From Plasmodiophora brassicae (Eukaryota), in contig CP145412.1 in assembly GCA_036867785.1 (NCBI GenBank), forward strand, positions 496,001 to 560,000: a stretch of 64,000 bases of DNA, read 5' to 3'. Positions 1-10,572 of this stretch are shown piece by piece; within the stretch, counting starts at the first letter, position 1; every line of letters begins with the position of its first letter. The notes beneath the pieces were generated by a model. It did not search any database, had not been told where the DNA came from, and worked only from the letters and a program-made list of their open reading frames with translations. Both the position numbers and the translations under genes were made by a program.

Positions 1-134
1 ATAACGAACTGATGTATTTGGACAGGATCGTCACAGCAAGGGCCGCTGCGGGGTCGAGTACGGTCATGATCATGTGACCGGGTGGCAGCAGCATCTGAGC
101 AGCATCATCTGAGTACTGGTACTCTGGATGAACA
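1..134 (-). repeat. 3' LTR (partial)
   Basis: Identical to 5140-5273 over all visible bases. Confidence 0.93.
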
Positions 135-143
135 CTCCCCGTG

Positions 144-3100
144 TTAGAAATCTGCTAACAGTCGTGAGCAGAGCGGGTCTCCTTCGGCTTGTCGTTCGAG
201 GAAGGCCCTGACGATATCAGGAACATCGGCCGCCATGACCGAGTAAGGTTCCCATGAATTGTCGGTGGCATCGAATCCGATCCAGTTGATCAGTAGTTCA
301 GTGTCACCTGACGTAGAGTTGACTCGAATGTCCTCGACTGCGTTGACTTGGTAAGCCACGCCGGTGAGCGCGATGTTGTGCTTCAGGGAAGAGGTGACAT
401 TCAAGTGCGCATCTGCATAGAACATTAAGCGCTGGGCGTGTACATCTGAGATACGATCAGTCAAGAGATCTCGAACTCGATACACCCAGTCGTTGATGGT
501 GTCGATAATCTGGGCAGGTCCAGTCCAGTTGTACTCGGACTTGGAGTGCTTGCCATGGTTGGCCACGAGAACATAGTCGCCCGTCGTGAAGTTGATCTCG
601 CGAACATTGCGTCGGCGACGCCGGGCGCGTTGCTTGAGATCACGTAGATGGGTGCGTGTACGTGCCACTGCTTTGTGCATGTCCTCGAGAGAATCGATAA
701 GTTCCGTCGTCATTTCCTTGAGACGGTCAGGGGTCAACGGTACGTCGATAACCGCGTCGATGCGTTTGTTGAAGATAATCGAGATAGGTGTCGAGGGTGG
801 CAAACCCGTAAACATCGTGACAGGCGCGTAGCCCACACTTGATCGAACAGTGTGATTTACCGTCATGTTGATCAGCGGAAGGACATACGGCCAATCCTGG
901 AATGGAAGATTTAGCTCGGAGAGGAGGGACTTCAGCAGAAAGAGAAGCCGCTTGTTGACAACCTCAACCGTGCCGTTCGCCCAAGGTGTGTAGGCAGTTG
1001 TGAAATGATGGTTGCAGTGTAACCGGCTATTAAGCTCGGCGATAACCGCGTTTTTGAAGTGTGTGCCGCGGTCAGAGACATGTTGGAAAACAATGCCGAA
1101 ACGTTTGAACCAATCCAGAAGAGATTCGGCGACAACGCTGTGATCCGCGAATTGACAAGGAATTAACTCGACGAATGCCGTGGCGTCGTCCTTCAGAACC
1201 AGAACATAACGAAGTTGATGAGAATCGCCTGGACGAGGTTTGGATAAGAACAGAAAGTCATAGTGGATGACCTTATTGGGCTTGTCCGCATGCATAGCCG
1301 TGCCAAAAGGTCGGGGAATCATCGAATCTTTGTTGCGTAGGCAGTGTAAGCATTTGTCCACAAATGCACGAACAAAGGAATCCAGATCAGGCCACCAGAA
1401 GAGTTGTGCGATGCTCGAAATAGTCGATGCAGCAGGTTGATGACCAGACAGTCCCATATGTGAAATCACTGCGATGCGTAGCTGCAGTGCATGTGATGGT
1501 ACCCAGAGTTGATTGTCTGGAGTACGCCAGCCAGATTCCGGGCTAAGGTGGAGAGACATGTCCCCTTCGAGTTGGAGAATATCGGAAACGGCAGATAGGT
1601 CGTGTTGGCGAATGTAGTCGGTCTGAGCGTTACTAATCTCGTCGACAGACGGCCAGATAAACTCATCGGTCATCTTGTAATCGTCGAAGTCAAGATTAAT
1701 TGCCATATGACGAATAGAACGGAACGATGGAGGGGAAAATGAGGAGAGTGGTTGCAGGGCGACGCCCCACCGCGTGGCGAGGTCGGCCCAAACGTTGTCC
1801 TCCCCAGCAATGTGCTCAATGTGAAAATCTAGGTCGATAATCTGAAGTCGCCAGCGCTCCAAGCGATCGCCGGTCGTCCGACTAATTCGTGCAACCGAGG
1901 CTGGGTTCAGAATGAAAACCAAATTACGGTGGTCTGTGAAGATTCGAAGTGCCAGCTTTGACATAGAGATGAAGTGTCTGAGGCGATAGCAGCCTTCAAT
2001 GATGGCGTAGGCCTCCTTCTCAATGGTCGCCCACTTCAATTGAGAACCACGGAATGTCCCCGAGATGAACGACAAAGGTTCGTGGTGTTGCTCACCGTAC
2101 GGGAGATCAATATCTTCCGGAGGGATCTGCGACAGGAAAACAGACCAGAAACGGTCACTCGCATCCGGAAAGAGACACATGATCCATTCGTCCTTGGTGT
2201 GCGCCAGCGTCATGGCCTCCGATAGTCGATGCTTCAGAGAATTGAAACTGGTGAGATGGTCAGTGGTCCAGCCGATGTCGGCTAAACGAACTCGACGTAG
2301 GTGTGATTTCTTCAGACTGCTGACAGAACGAGAAGCGGACAGAAGTAGATCCTGTAGCGGATGAACATGTGCCGCGAATTGAGGGATAACAGAACGGACC
2401 CAATTGAGGCCCGAGAGGAACTGTTGGAGATCAGCAGCCGTGATAGGAGTTGATAGATCGTGCAAGGCGTTGAGATACGAGCGATCGAACGACACTCCAT
2501 CAGCGGATATAACGCGACCGCACCATGTCACTGAAGTGAGATATAACTGGCAGCGATCAGGGTTGAGTTTAACTCCAAACTCGTCGAAAGCGTTGAGAAG
2601 AGATTCGAGTGTGTCCATGTAGGCTCCGAATCCAGATACGTAGCCGAGGATATCGTCGATCCAGAGTAGGGCGCAGATATATAGAAGTTTCCCCAACACC
2701 TGTTGCATTCCCGCCTGGAACGCAAACACGCAATCAGCGATTCCCTGGATGATGCGCCTGGGTGTAAACGTGGCGATGTGCGTCATGAACGAGCAGGCCT
2801 CCTGCGAATCAGGGTGCAACGGAAATTGCCAATAGCCTTTAAAGGCATCGAACAGCATGAAGATGGTCGCGGAACGTAGGTAGGTCAGGATGATGTCGAT
2901 GTGAGGCATCGGCCATGCAATGCGTTCGGTCTGTTTGTTGACGGCTTCATTGATGTCGACGGTCAGCCGATGGCCGCGAACCTCCGTGTCCTTCTTGTCG
3001 ACGACCAGACACGGCGACGCGTACCTGCTGTGCGGATTGCGGTACACAAAATCGTTTTCCGCCAAGGTTCCTACGTGATCATCCATGAATTTTTGATGTT

Positions 3101-5033
3101 CGAGGGTATACCTTCGTGTTCGGCAACGAACAGGACGAGCATCTGCTTTGAAGTGTAGTTTCAGTGGACTTACTTTCGCAGGTGGATCACGGCCAAGCTT
3201 CGTTCGCCATATGTCTTTGTGTCGATTGACAGTTGTGCGTAGACGCGGGACTTGATCGTTAGGGAAACCGGAGTCAGTTGCACGTTGTATCATCCGGTCT
3301 ATTGCCCTGTCCACGTCTGTATCGGAGTGTTCTCCGATTTCGACATCATAGTCGTCACCCGGATCATTGGTGTCCAATTGGGGCTCATGATCGCGAGTTG
3401 TTCCACTTACCTCCGGGTGTCTTACCGCTCTCATCGTGATCCCTTGACCACCTGGGGCGTGACGTTCCGGGGTCGGATCCGCTTCGATGATGATAGGACC
3501 ATTTGCCTCGATTAACATCTCCTTCAGTTGTGTAGCTGGATTGATACCCAACGCGTCCAGTTCCGGGGCTCCTAAAAGGACAATGTCATCAGATAGGTCT
3601 TCGCGACATACGTTGATTTCCCGCCCGCGTAGATGTGCAGGTTTGCCATGCGAAGGTGGGACAATGGTGATGTCCACGATCGCTGTGGCGACAATTGTTG
3701 TCGTAGCCCCGATCGTTGCAAGTTTCGCCTCCGTTGGATGGTCGAACACTTTGACTGGGACATGCTGGATGGCTTGAATCCGTAGCAGTTGCGATTGCGA
3801 AATGACGGTCTTCGTCGCACCACTATCGGCTTCGAATGGAAGGTCGAGCGAGTTCTGGAAGCGAAGTCTCATAGGGGACGGTGTTGACGGCGACGGCGGG
3901 CCCATGCGCTTTGCCGTGTCTGCGTTGCCCTTACTCTCCTCCTTCTCTTTGCGCTCTTTCTGGAACTTTTCAATGGCAGCTTTGCGTTCTCCTTGAGTTG
4001 CCTTCGGGCACACTTGGACCCAGTGCTGCTCCTTGCAGATTAGGCAACCTGCCTTTGGAGGATCCTTACCTTCGAAACGTTTTCGGATGTGCTCGGGGAT
4101 GTCCCTCGATTCGTCTTTCGTTTGCGATGTGGACGATTGAGCTGTCTTCAGTCCGATCGGATTTGTCGGATGCTTGCCGCCATTCCTATTCGGAGCAACA
4201 ACGTCCTTACCTTTCTTACCTGCAGGTGGGGACATGGTCTGCGCTGGAGACTTCTTCTTCTCAGCTTGCAGCCGGAAGTGTTTGTCCTGCTCTTTGGCAA
4301 GACGGTCGACGAGGTCGAAGAATTTGAGCTCGTCCTTCTCAGCGTCCCTGCACCCTCCGAACTCGATCGCGCGTTCGACTAGAACCGCAAGGTCAGTGGG
4401 ACGGATACCTCCGCGTAATACCTTGATCTTGCGCTTGGTTCCTTTCGTTCCTTTGGCGTATGTGTCTTGTAGCCCATAGTCGTCGATTAGCTCATCGAAC
4501 TTGGCGAAGAAAGACGTGACACGTTCCTCAATACTCTTGATTGACAGGTTCATGACCACTGTCTTCGTGAGAAGCGCCTTGATGTCTGTCGAACTCTCGA
4601 CATCAGCCTCCCTGCGTTGGACTGACCTCAAGTAGCTCATGATGTCGCCATCCGTGATCGTGCTGGCGGGTTGACGTAGGCGATATTTCGACATCCCTCT
4701 GAGGACGTCCTCGGTAATGCATGACTTCACCGTTGGCGGATGAATATCCTCCTTGTAGATCAGTCGGCGCTCGTTAACGATCTCGACGTGTTTCCTATAT
4801 TTCTTGAGGAAATCGTTAATTCCGTCCTTGGCCGTAAGGCTCAGGGTACGTAGGATGGGCGGTTTCAAAGGCATAAAGATCGGGCTCTTACCGTGCAGGT
4901 TTGTTGACTGAAGCCCTCGATCGATTTCGTCATCTGTCGACGATTCATGCTCCTTGGCCTCGGCGTCGGAGTTGGTCCTGGCGTCGTCCTCCATCTGTAG
5001 ACGAACGGGCGCTCTGCGGCCACCTCCTGCCAT
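144..5033 (-). CDS. Gag-Pol polyprotein (Gag zinc knuckle, protease, RT, RNase H, integrase, chromodomain)
   Basis: CLICKEQHWVQVC knuckle; ADSGA protease motif; RT motifs FDAFKGYWQF and LLWIDDIL; RNase H DASD/EKEAYAI/TDHRNL; integrase H-H-CLHC, SDRGTHF and NGTVE; C-terminal chromodomain LINWIGFDATDNSWEP. The PR-RT-RH-IN order is Gypsy-type. Confidence 0.96.
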   Translation of the reverse strand: MAGGGRRAPVRLQMEDDARTNSDAEAKEHESSTDDEIDRGLQSTNLHGKSPIFMPLKPPILRTLSLTAKDGINDFLKKYRKHVEIVNERRLIYKEDIHPPTVKSCITEDVLRGMSKYRLRQPASTITDGDIMSYLRSVQRREADVESSTDIKALLTKTVVMNLSIKSIEERVTSFFAKFDELIDDYGLQDTYAKGTKGTKRKIKVLRGGIRPTDLAVLVERAIEFGGCRDAEKDELKFFDLVDRLAKEQDKHFRLQAEKKKSPAQTMSPPAGKKGKDVVAPNRNGGKHPTNPIGLKTAQSSTSQTKDESRDIPEHIRKRFEGKDPPKAGCLICKEQHWVQVCPKATQGERKAAIEKFQKERKEKEESKGNADTAKRMGPPSPSTPSPMRLRFQNSLDLPFEADSGATKTVISQSQLLRIQAIQHVPVKVFDHPTEAKLATIGATTTIVATAIVDITIVPPSHGKPAHLRGREINVCREDLSDDIVLLGAPELDALGINPATQLKEMLIEANGPIIIEADPTPERHAPGGQGITMRAVRHPEVSGTTRDHEPQLDTNDPGDDYDVEIGEHSDTDVDRAIDRMIQRATDSGFPNDQVPRLRTTVNRHKDIWRTKLGRDPPAKVSPLKLHFKADARPVRCRTRRYTLEHQKFMDDHVGTLAENDFVYRNPHSRYASPCLVVDKKDTEVRGHRLTVDINEAVNKQTERIAWPMPHIDIILTYLRSATIFMLFDAFKGYWQFPLHPDSQEACSFMTHIATFTPRRIIQGIADCVFAFQAGMQQVLGKLLYICALLWIDDILGYVSGFGAYMDTLESLLNAFDEFGVKLNPDRCQLYLTSVTWCGRVISADGVSFDRSYLNALHDLSTPITAADLQQFLSGLNWVRSVIPQFAAHVHPLQDLLLSASRSVSSLKKSHLRRVRLADIGWTTDHLTSFNSLKHRLSEAMTLAHTKDEWIMCLFPDASDRFWSVFLSQIPPEDIDLPYGEQHHEPLSFISGTFRGSQLKWATIEKEAYAIIEGCYRLRHFISMSKLALRIFTDHRNLVFILNPASVARISRTTGDRLERWRLQIIDLDFHIEHIAGEDNVWADLATRWGVALQPLSSFSPPSFRSIRHMAINLDFDDYKMTDEFIWPSVDEISNAQTDYIRQHDLSAVSDILQLEGDMSLHLSPESGWRTPDNQLWVPSHALQLRIAVISHMGLSGHQPAASTISSIAQLFWWPDLDSFVRAFVDKCLHCLRNKDSMIPRPFGTAMHADKPNKVIHYDFLFLSKPRPGDSHQLRYVLVLKDDATAFVELIPCQFADHSVVAESLLDWFKRFGIVFQHVSDRGTHFKNAVIAELNSRLHCNHHFTTAYTPWANGTVEVVNKRLLFLLKSLLSELNLPFQDWPYVLPLINMTVNHTVRSSVGYAPVTMFTGLPPSTPISIIFNKRIDAVIDVPLTPDRLKEMTTELIDSLEDMHKAVARTRTHLRDLKQRARRRRRNVREINFTTGDYVLVANHGKHSKSEYNWTGPAQIIDTINDWVYRVRDLLTDRISDVHAQRLMFYADAHLNVTSSLKHNIALTGVAYQVNAVEDIRVNSTSGDTELLINWIGFDATDNSWEPYSVMAADVPDIVRAFLERQAEGDPLCSRLLADF

Positions 5034-5135
5034 TAAGTGAGTTCGTTTGCTTGGGGCTCTTTGCGCAAGAAGCTTCTGTGCTAACGCCGCCGCTGCCCAC
5101 TACGGGGGCGGTCGGTCGCAAGAGTCGGCGCCTGG

Positions 5136-5273
5136 TGATATAACGAACTGATGTATTTGGACAGGATCGTCACAGCAAGGGCCGCTGCGGGGTCGAGTAC
5201 GGTCATGATCATGTGACCGGGTGGCAGCAGCATCTGAGCAGCATCATCTGAGTACTGGTACTCTGGATGAACA
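5136..5273 (-). repeat. 5' LTR (probably 138 bp, TG...CA)
   Basis: 5140-5273 match 1-134. Extending 4 nt gives a CA terminus on the minus strand. The inner boundary cannot be confirmed because the other LTR is truncated. Confidence 0.85.
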
Positions 5274-5674
5274 GTGTCGTTATTGCTCTGGGAGCCGTCG
5301 AAGGCTTCCCCGGCTGTGTAGTACATGGGCAGTCAGCTATCGACTACCTTCTAACCTGCCGTTGAGAGTCGCTCATTCACGACCCGCTGCTCGACTGGAC
5401 ATTCGGTTCTTGATACATTACCTTGCTGTGTAATCTGCATGCGACCGGGTGCGCGCCTCGCGGCCTTGAGCCTGATCCCGACCTGCCAGGGGTAGGTGGT
5501 GGAATGCGATGAATGGCCGACCAATTAGACGGCCCGCATTAGGCCACGCGCCCTGGCGAGAACTCAGCGTGACAAGGCGAGACAGCCCAGCATGACACGT
5601 TGTTGGCCGTTGAATCATCGACTGATGGGCAGAGCAATACCATCTTCGACAACAAAGTGAACCACCTTCGCACG

Positions 5675-6697
5675 ATGAACCACGCTCGGCTCGTGACCAG
5701 CATCACCACGCTGATGCTTGCCACGTCAGCGACAGCCTTCGATGAGGCCCGCGCGTTCTCGTCGTGCGGCCGAGACCGAAAGCTCGTTGCCCTGACGTTC
5801 GACGACGGCCCGTTTACGAGTAAGGGCGGGACGGATCGAATCCTGCAACAGCTTCGAGGCCTGGGCATTGCGGCAACATTCTACGTTACGCCGACCGCCA
5901 TGGGCGACAACGAGCTTGAGCTGGGCAAACGCTGCGACTTGATCAAGAGGCAGGTCGCCGACGGGCACTCGGTCCAGATGCACAGCTGGGAGCATGCGAT
6001 GGTCACGCCGGACACGCCGAACGATGTCATCCTGGAAGACATTGCAAGGGTCGGCAGGTTCCTGCACAAGTGTGGAGCGAGTCCGAGCCAGTACCGGCCC
6101 CCGTATGGCGTTCTCACTGCTCGGCAGGCCGACATCGTAGGGCAGGCCGGTTTGATCGTCGCCATGTGGAACGTGTCGCCAGGTGACACGGAATCCAAGT
6201 CGCTGACGTCGCAGCAGCTTCTCAACAGGGTCATGGATGCGTTCAACAACAACGTCGGGCTGGGCAACAGCGCCGTCGTCCTGCTGCACGACCACATGTT
6301 CGTCCACGACGAGCGCGCCGGCTTCCTGCCCATGGTCTATCATCAGTTCACATCCATGGGGTACGAATTCGTCACCGCCGACGAGTGCTACCGCCGTTGC
6401 AATCGCCCGATCTGCACGGGCGCGGGCGGGCCGCCCGGCGATCCCGGCGTCTTCGACCCGAAGCTGTACGTTGGCAGCACCACCACTGCCGCCGGCACCC
6501 GCCCGGTCGACGAGACGCCTGCCCCCACACGCCCGTCCTCGTCCGCCCCGCCCATGTGGGCACCCTCGTCTGCCCCGCCCATGTTGCCGCCCTCGTCCGC
6601 CCCGCCCATATCACCGTCCTCGTCCGCCCCGTCCATACTGCCGCTCTGCCTGGCCGTCGCCGTCATCACACTCACCGTGTTTATATATTCCCAGTGA
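5675..6697 (+). CDS. Secreted/GPI-like polysaccharide (chitin) deacetylase, CE4/NodB family, copy 1
   Basis: Signal peptide from ATG 5675; TFDDGP, HSWEH, RPPYG and LLHD motifs; Pro/Ser linker with PSSAPP repeats; hydrophobic C-terminus. Confidence 0.92.
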   Translation: MNHARLVTSITTLMLATSATAFDEARAFSSCGRDRKLVALTFDDGPFTSKGGTDRILQQLRGLGIAATFYVTPTAMGDNELELGKRCDLIKRQVADGHSVQMHSWEHAMVTPDTPNDVILEDIARVGRFLHKCGASPSQYRPPYGVLTARQADIVGQAGLIVAMWNVSPGDTESKSLTSQQLLNRVMDAFNNNVGLGNSAVVLLHDHMFVHDERAGFLPMVYHQFTSMGYEFVTADECYRRCNRPICTGAGGPPGDPGVFDPKLYVGSTTTAAGTRPVDETPAPTRPSSSAPPMWAPSSAPPMLPPSSAPPISPSSSAPSILPLCLAVAVITLTVFIYSQ

Positions 6698-7213
6698 GCT
6701 ATATACATACACCCGCATACAGACTGCCCCGAAGATGCCTTCGCCGCTGACCTTCGCACGTGCCTATTTGTTGCACTCGTCCGCAGCAGTCGTGCAGATC
6801 GGTGCCGCTGTATCGCGTCGGGGAGATGGTGTGTTGCACCCACGTGTGGGTTGTGTGTAGTTCGCAGTTCGCCGTGTGTGTGTGACGTGGCTGGCGGCCT
6901 GTATGTAGCGCGTGCGCGCCACCCGTGCCTCGAGGCTCGACCCTTGCTGTACCTATGTAGTGTCTGCACCGGCCGTTGTCCGGCGCAACCCGTTTCGTGT
7001 GTGCGGGTGATCCCTTCCGTGCGCCAGCCTGTATTTCGTTGGCAACGGCTCAACGTGTGACATGTTGGCAGTTGACTCATCGTTTGGATATAGGTTGGGC
7101 GGTTCGGTCGTGTGATGCTGACAGAACGATACCACTCTTATTGCACGATCATCAGCAGCGAACCACCTTTGGATTTCCTTGGCAATCTGTGGGCCCATTA
7201 ACGCAGACGCACG

Positions 7214-8158
7214 ATGAACCACGTCCGGTTCGTGACGTGCGTCACCACGCTGATGTTTGTCACGTCAGCGACAGCCTTCGATGGGGCCCGCGCTTTCTCG
7301 TCGTGCGGCCGAGACCGAAATCTCATTGCCCTGACGTTCGACGACGGCCCGTTTACGGGTAGAGGCGGGACGGAACGAATCCTGCGACAGCTTCAAGGTC
7401 TGGGCATTCCGGCAACATTCTACATTACGCCAGCCGCCATGGGCGACGACGACCTTGAGCTGGGCAGACGCTGCGACCTGATCAGGAGGCAGGTCGCCGA
7501 CGGGCACTCGGTCCAGATGCACAGCTGGGAGCATAAGATGATCAAGCCCAACACGACGAACGATGCCATCGTGAAAGACATTGCAAGGGTCGGCGCGTTC
7601 CTGCACAAGTGTGGAGCGAATCCGAATCAGTTTCGGCCCCCGTATGGCGTTCTCAGTGCTCGGCAGGCCGACCTCCTAGGGCAGGCCGGTTTGGTCGTCG
7701 CCATGTGGAACGTGTCGCCAGGTGACACGGAATCCAAGTCGCTGACGTCGCAGCAGCTTCTCAACCGGGTTATGGATGCGTTCAATAACTACGTCGGGCT
7801 AGGCAACAGCGCCGTCGTCCTGCTGCATGACCACATGTTCGTCCACGACGAGCGCGCCAGTTTTCTGCCCATGGTCCACCGTCAGTTCACATCCATGGGG
7901 TACGAATTCGTCACCACCGATGAGTGTTACCGGCGTTGCGACAGCCCGATCTGCACGGGCGCGGGCGGCCCGCCCGGCGATCCCGGCGTCTTCGACCCGA
8001 AGTTCTACAATGGCAGCACCACCGCCGCCACCGGCACCCGCCCCGCCGACGCAACGCCTGCCCCCACACGCCTGTCCTCATCCGCCCCACCCATACCGCC
8101 GCCCTGGCTGTCCGTCGCCGCGTTCACGCTGACGGTGTTGTTTATATATTCCCAATGA
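7214..8158 (+). CDS. Secreted/GPI-like polysaccharide (chitin) deacetylase, CE4/NodB family, copy 2
   Basis: Close tandem paralog of copy 1 with the same catalytic motifs and a shorter linker. Confidence 0.92.
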   Translation: MNHVRFVTCVTTLMFVTSATAFDGARAFSSCGRDRNLIALTFDDGPFTGRGGTERILRQLQGLGIPATFYITPAAMGDDDLELGRRCDLIRRQVADGHSVQMHSWEHKMIKPNTTNDAIVKDIARVGAFLHKCGANPNQFRPPYGVLSARQADLLGQAGLVVAMWNVSPGDTESKSLTSQQLLNRVMDAFNNYVGLGNSAVVLLHDHMFVHDERASFLPMVHRQFTSMGYEFVTTDECYRRCDSPICTGAGGPPGDPGVFDPKFYNGSTTAATGTRPADATPAPTRLSSSAPPIPPPWLSVAAFTLTVLFIYSQ

Positions 8159-8229
8159 GCGGCACGCACTGCCCCGACGATAAAGTATACATTCACCGCT
8201 GCCACTTGCATGTGCCTGTTTTGGTGCTC

Positions 8230-8376
8230 GTCCGCAGCAGTCGTGCAGTTCGTGCAAGTCGGGACTGTGTTACAGACGGTCCGCAGCAGTCGTGCAGTTC
8301 GTGCGAGTCGGGACTGTGTTACAGACGGTCCGCAGCAGTCGTGCAGTTCGTGGAAGTCGGGGCTGTGTCACAGTCG
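8230..8376. repeat. Tandem minisatellite, 3 x 49 bp
   Basis: Unit GTCCGCAGCAGTCGTGCAGTTCGTGCAAGTCGGGACTGTGTTACAGACG starts at 8230, 8279 and 8328. The third copy is diverged. Confidence 0.9.
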
Positions 8377-8392
8377 GAGCCGATTCGGCAAA

Positions 8393-9238
8393 ATGGACCA
8401 TCGTTATGTGAGCCTGCGGGCGACGACGCCGGCGTCGTCGCCCGCCCGACAATGCGTGCCGACCACGGATCTGGTCGGGCGGGCGCGACCGAGGTATTCG
8501 GCATGGCTGCAAGGTGGACCTGTGTGCGCCCGCGCGCGTGTACCGCGCCGCGTTCTGACGGGGCCGAACGACACAGGTCGCATCTGGATATCCATCCTGA
8601 TCGCGTTGTCGGTCGCCGTCGCCGCGTTCCTGGCGTTCTTCTTTGCCCCGAGATCCGTTGAGCTGTCGACCGTACAGATGAACATGGTGGATATACTGCC
8701 GTGCCGCGCACGTCCCAACCGGCTCTCACTGTTCGCAACGCCAGGAAATGTTCAAGTTCCACACCAAGACGCCGTCGATATCCACGAGGATTGTTTCGAA
8801 GCTGTCCGTGTCGAACCCGAACTTTGTCCAAGCCCAGGTGCACAGTATCGTCATTACCATGGTCTACCTGTGCAAAGAGTGTCGCAACGCAGACGGGTTG
8901 AACCTTGGCGAGCGATCCGTCGTGACCGACACGGTGTTCCCGCCGAGGACGCTCTCGGCAACGGTACACACGCCTGCGTTGCCGTCCTTCGACGTAACCT
9001 GAACGCTGTCGTTTAGCTGCCATGGACGCTCAATTTCGAATCGACGTTCGTCGACGCCAGCAGGTACGCCGACTTCCAACGCGACTTCAACTCGAATTGC
9101 ACACGCGACGGCATCTACTTCATCCACCCGACCTGCCTGGCGGATGTCTCCTACCTGGGCATGCGACGGAACGTGTCGTTCCCTGCGCCCCGAACGCGAA
9201 TCATTTGCGACGACCCTGTCCCGCCCGATGCCATATAA
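8393..9238 (+). CDS. Type II membrane protein, TMEM106/LEA_2-like (3 exons)
   Basis: TM helix ending FFFAPRSV, then a beta-rich domain with VSNPNF. Two GT-AG introns join the frames. Confidence 0.6.
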
Positions 9239-9288
9239 CACCCGTCACCCGTTGGGCACCTGGTTACGATGTAGTATGCCGGTTTTAG

Positions 9289-9825
9289 TCAGGCGAATCC
9301 TGTCAGGGCGGCGAGCGCCAGCGCCAGCGAGCCTAACCATGACCCGATGCCCGGCGTTATGGGCGAACTAGACGCTGGCACTGGTTTTGTAGCCGGTTTC
9401 TGCTGTGGTGGCGGCGCTGCCGGCGGTGGCAGGCCTGGAGCCATCGCTGTTCGTTTGCCCAGCAACGAGGCGACGATGTCGAACTTCAGCAGGCCCGGGG
9501 CAGCAATTATGAGCGCCATGGGCAGCAGATACTGGCTGTGTGCGGGCGGTCGGAGACTGTTGACGTTGAACAGGCAGCGAACGACGCCGAACGCAACGGC
9601 CAGCATGCCGCCGACGATCTTCCCGATGATCCAGGCGGGCCCGAACTCGACGAGGAGCCTGACAACGGCAGGCGACAGGAGCACATGAATGCCGATCAGC
9701 AGGAGCACGGTGGCCTGATGGCCAATGGCCGTCACCAGCAGAGCCACGTTGGCCACAGCCGCCAACATCGACGACGTTCCTATAACGAGAACGACGTTGA
9801 TCGCACCCGCGTGTTCGCTCGCCAT
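9289..9825 (-). CDS. Hypothetical multi-pass membrane protein
   Basis: Open frame with several hydrophobic segments. No family recognised. Confidence 0.5.
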   Translation of the reverse strand: MASEHAGAINVVLVIGTSSMLAAVANVALLVTAIGHQATVLLLIGIHVLLSPAVVRLLVEFGPAWIIGKIVGGMLAVAFGVVRCLFNVNSLRPPAHSQYLLPMALIIAAPGLLKFDIVASLLGKRTAMAPGLPPPAAPPPQQKPATKPVPASSSPITPGIGSWLGSLALALAALTGFA

Positions 9826-9875
9826 CAAACCCATCAGCCTGGGGAGCGCACTAACAGCCGTGATCGGCGACGAGA

Positions 9876-10572
9876 ATGGCGACGGCGTTGCTGGCCAGGT
9901 CGCTGGCGCTCGTCGACGACTGGGCGACCATCGCGCAGCGTCTGTATGGGCTGTCGGCGACGTTAAGCGGCCTGTGCCACCGGATCGGGCTGCTGTCGTC
10001 CAGCGCAGGTCGGCCGCTGGGTGATTCGTCGTTGCCGGATGCAATCTGACAGTGTGTGTTTGTGTGGCAGGCGAGAGGTACCTGGGCGATCTGGCCGGCA
10101 TCGACGGGATCCTGCCGGCGCTCGTCCTGGCGCATGCCGATCAGATCCAGCTGGTCACGTCGGTGGTGCATACGACGATCACGGTCGAGTTGCAGGCGTG
10201 CTTGACCGGCATGGACGCCTGCCTGTCCCGAGCCGTCACCCAGCGCCTGCCGATCGACGCGCAAGCCGACGTCCATACCCTCGGTTCGTCGCGCGAATCG
10301 TCATCGTTGTTTTCATTGCCCATCGAAGTCGTGTGCCCAGTGGCCATGTACCAACGTGAAGCGGTCCGCCTGAGGGCGTCGCTTGCCAAGCTGGTCGACG
10401 GTCGCGATCGTCAGGACTGGCGACAGATGCAGAGCGTTGCCGACGGCCTGCCGGAGACATCCGTCGACGATCGATACGGTAGGCGGGCGCCGGCTCTGCC
10501 CCTGAATAATCGGGCGCTAACTCGTCGTGCGCGCCAGTTGATCGCCTGCGCCTGCGCCTGGCGTCCTCATAG
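9876..10572 (+). CDS. Hypothetical helical protein (multi-exon, 3' end uncertain)
   Basis: ATG 9876 exon joined through a GT-AG intron (about 10009-10070) to the GERYLGDLAGIDGILPAL frame. Confidence 0.45.

Larger units (their letters stand above)
1..5273 (-). mobile_element. Ty3/Gypsy chromodomain-containing LTR retrotransposon, apparently intact (3' LTR clipped by window edge)
   Basis: Identical 134-bp direct repeats at 1-134 and 5140-5273 flank one 1629-aa gag-pol ORF. The LTR begins TGTT on the minus strand, and a purine tract (GGGGAG, minus strand, 135-140) abuts the 3' LTR. Confidence 0.96.

Noticed and set aside
5031-5040. Alternative LTR end at 5038 with PBS TGGCAGG overlapping the gag ATG
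   Set aside because: It would leave almost no leader before gag. It is less parsimonious than the 5136 boundary, though not excluded without the full 3' LTR.
8230-8376. CRISPR array
   Set aside because: Repeats are contiguous with no unique spacers, no cas genes are present, and the context is eukaryotic.
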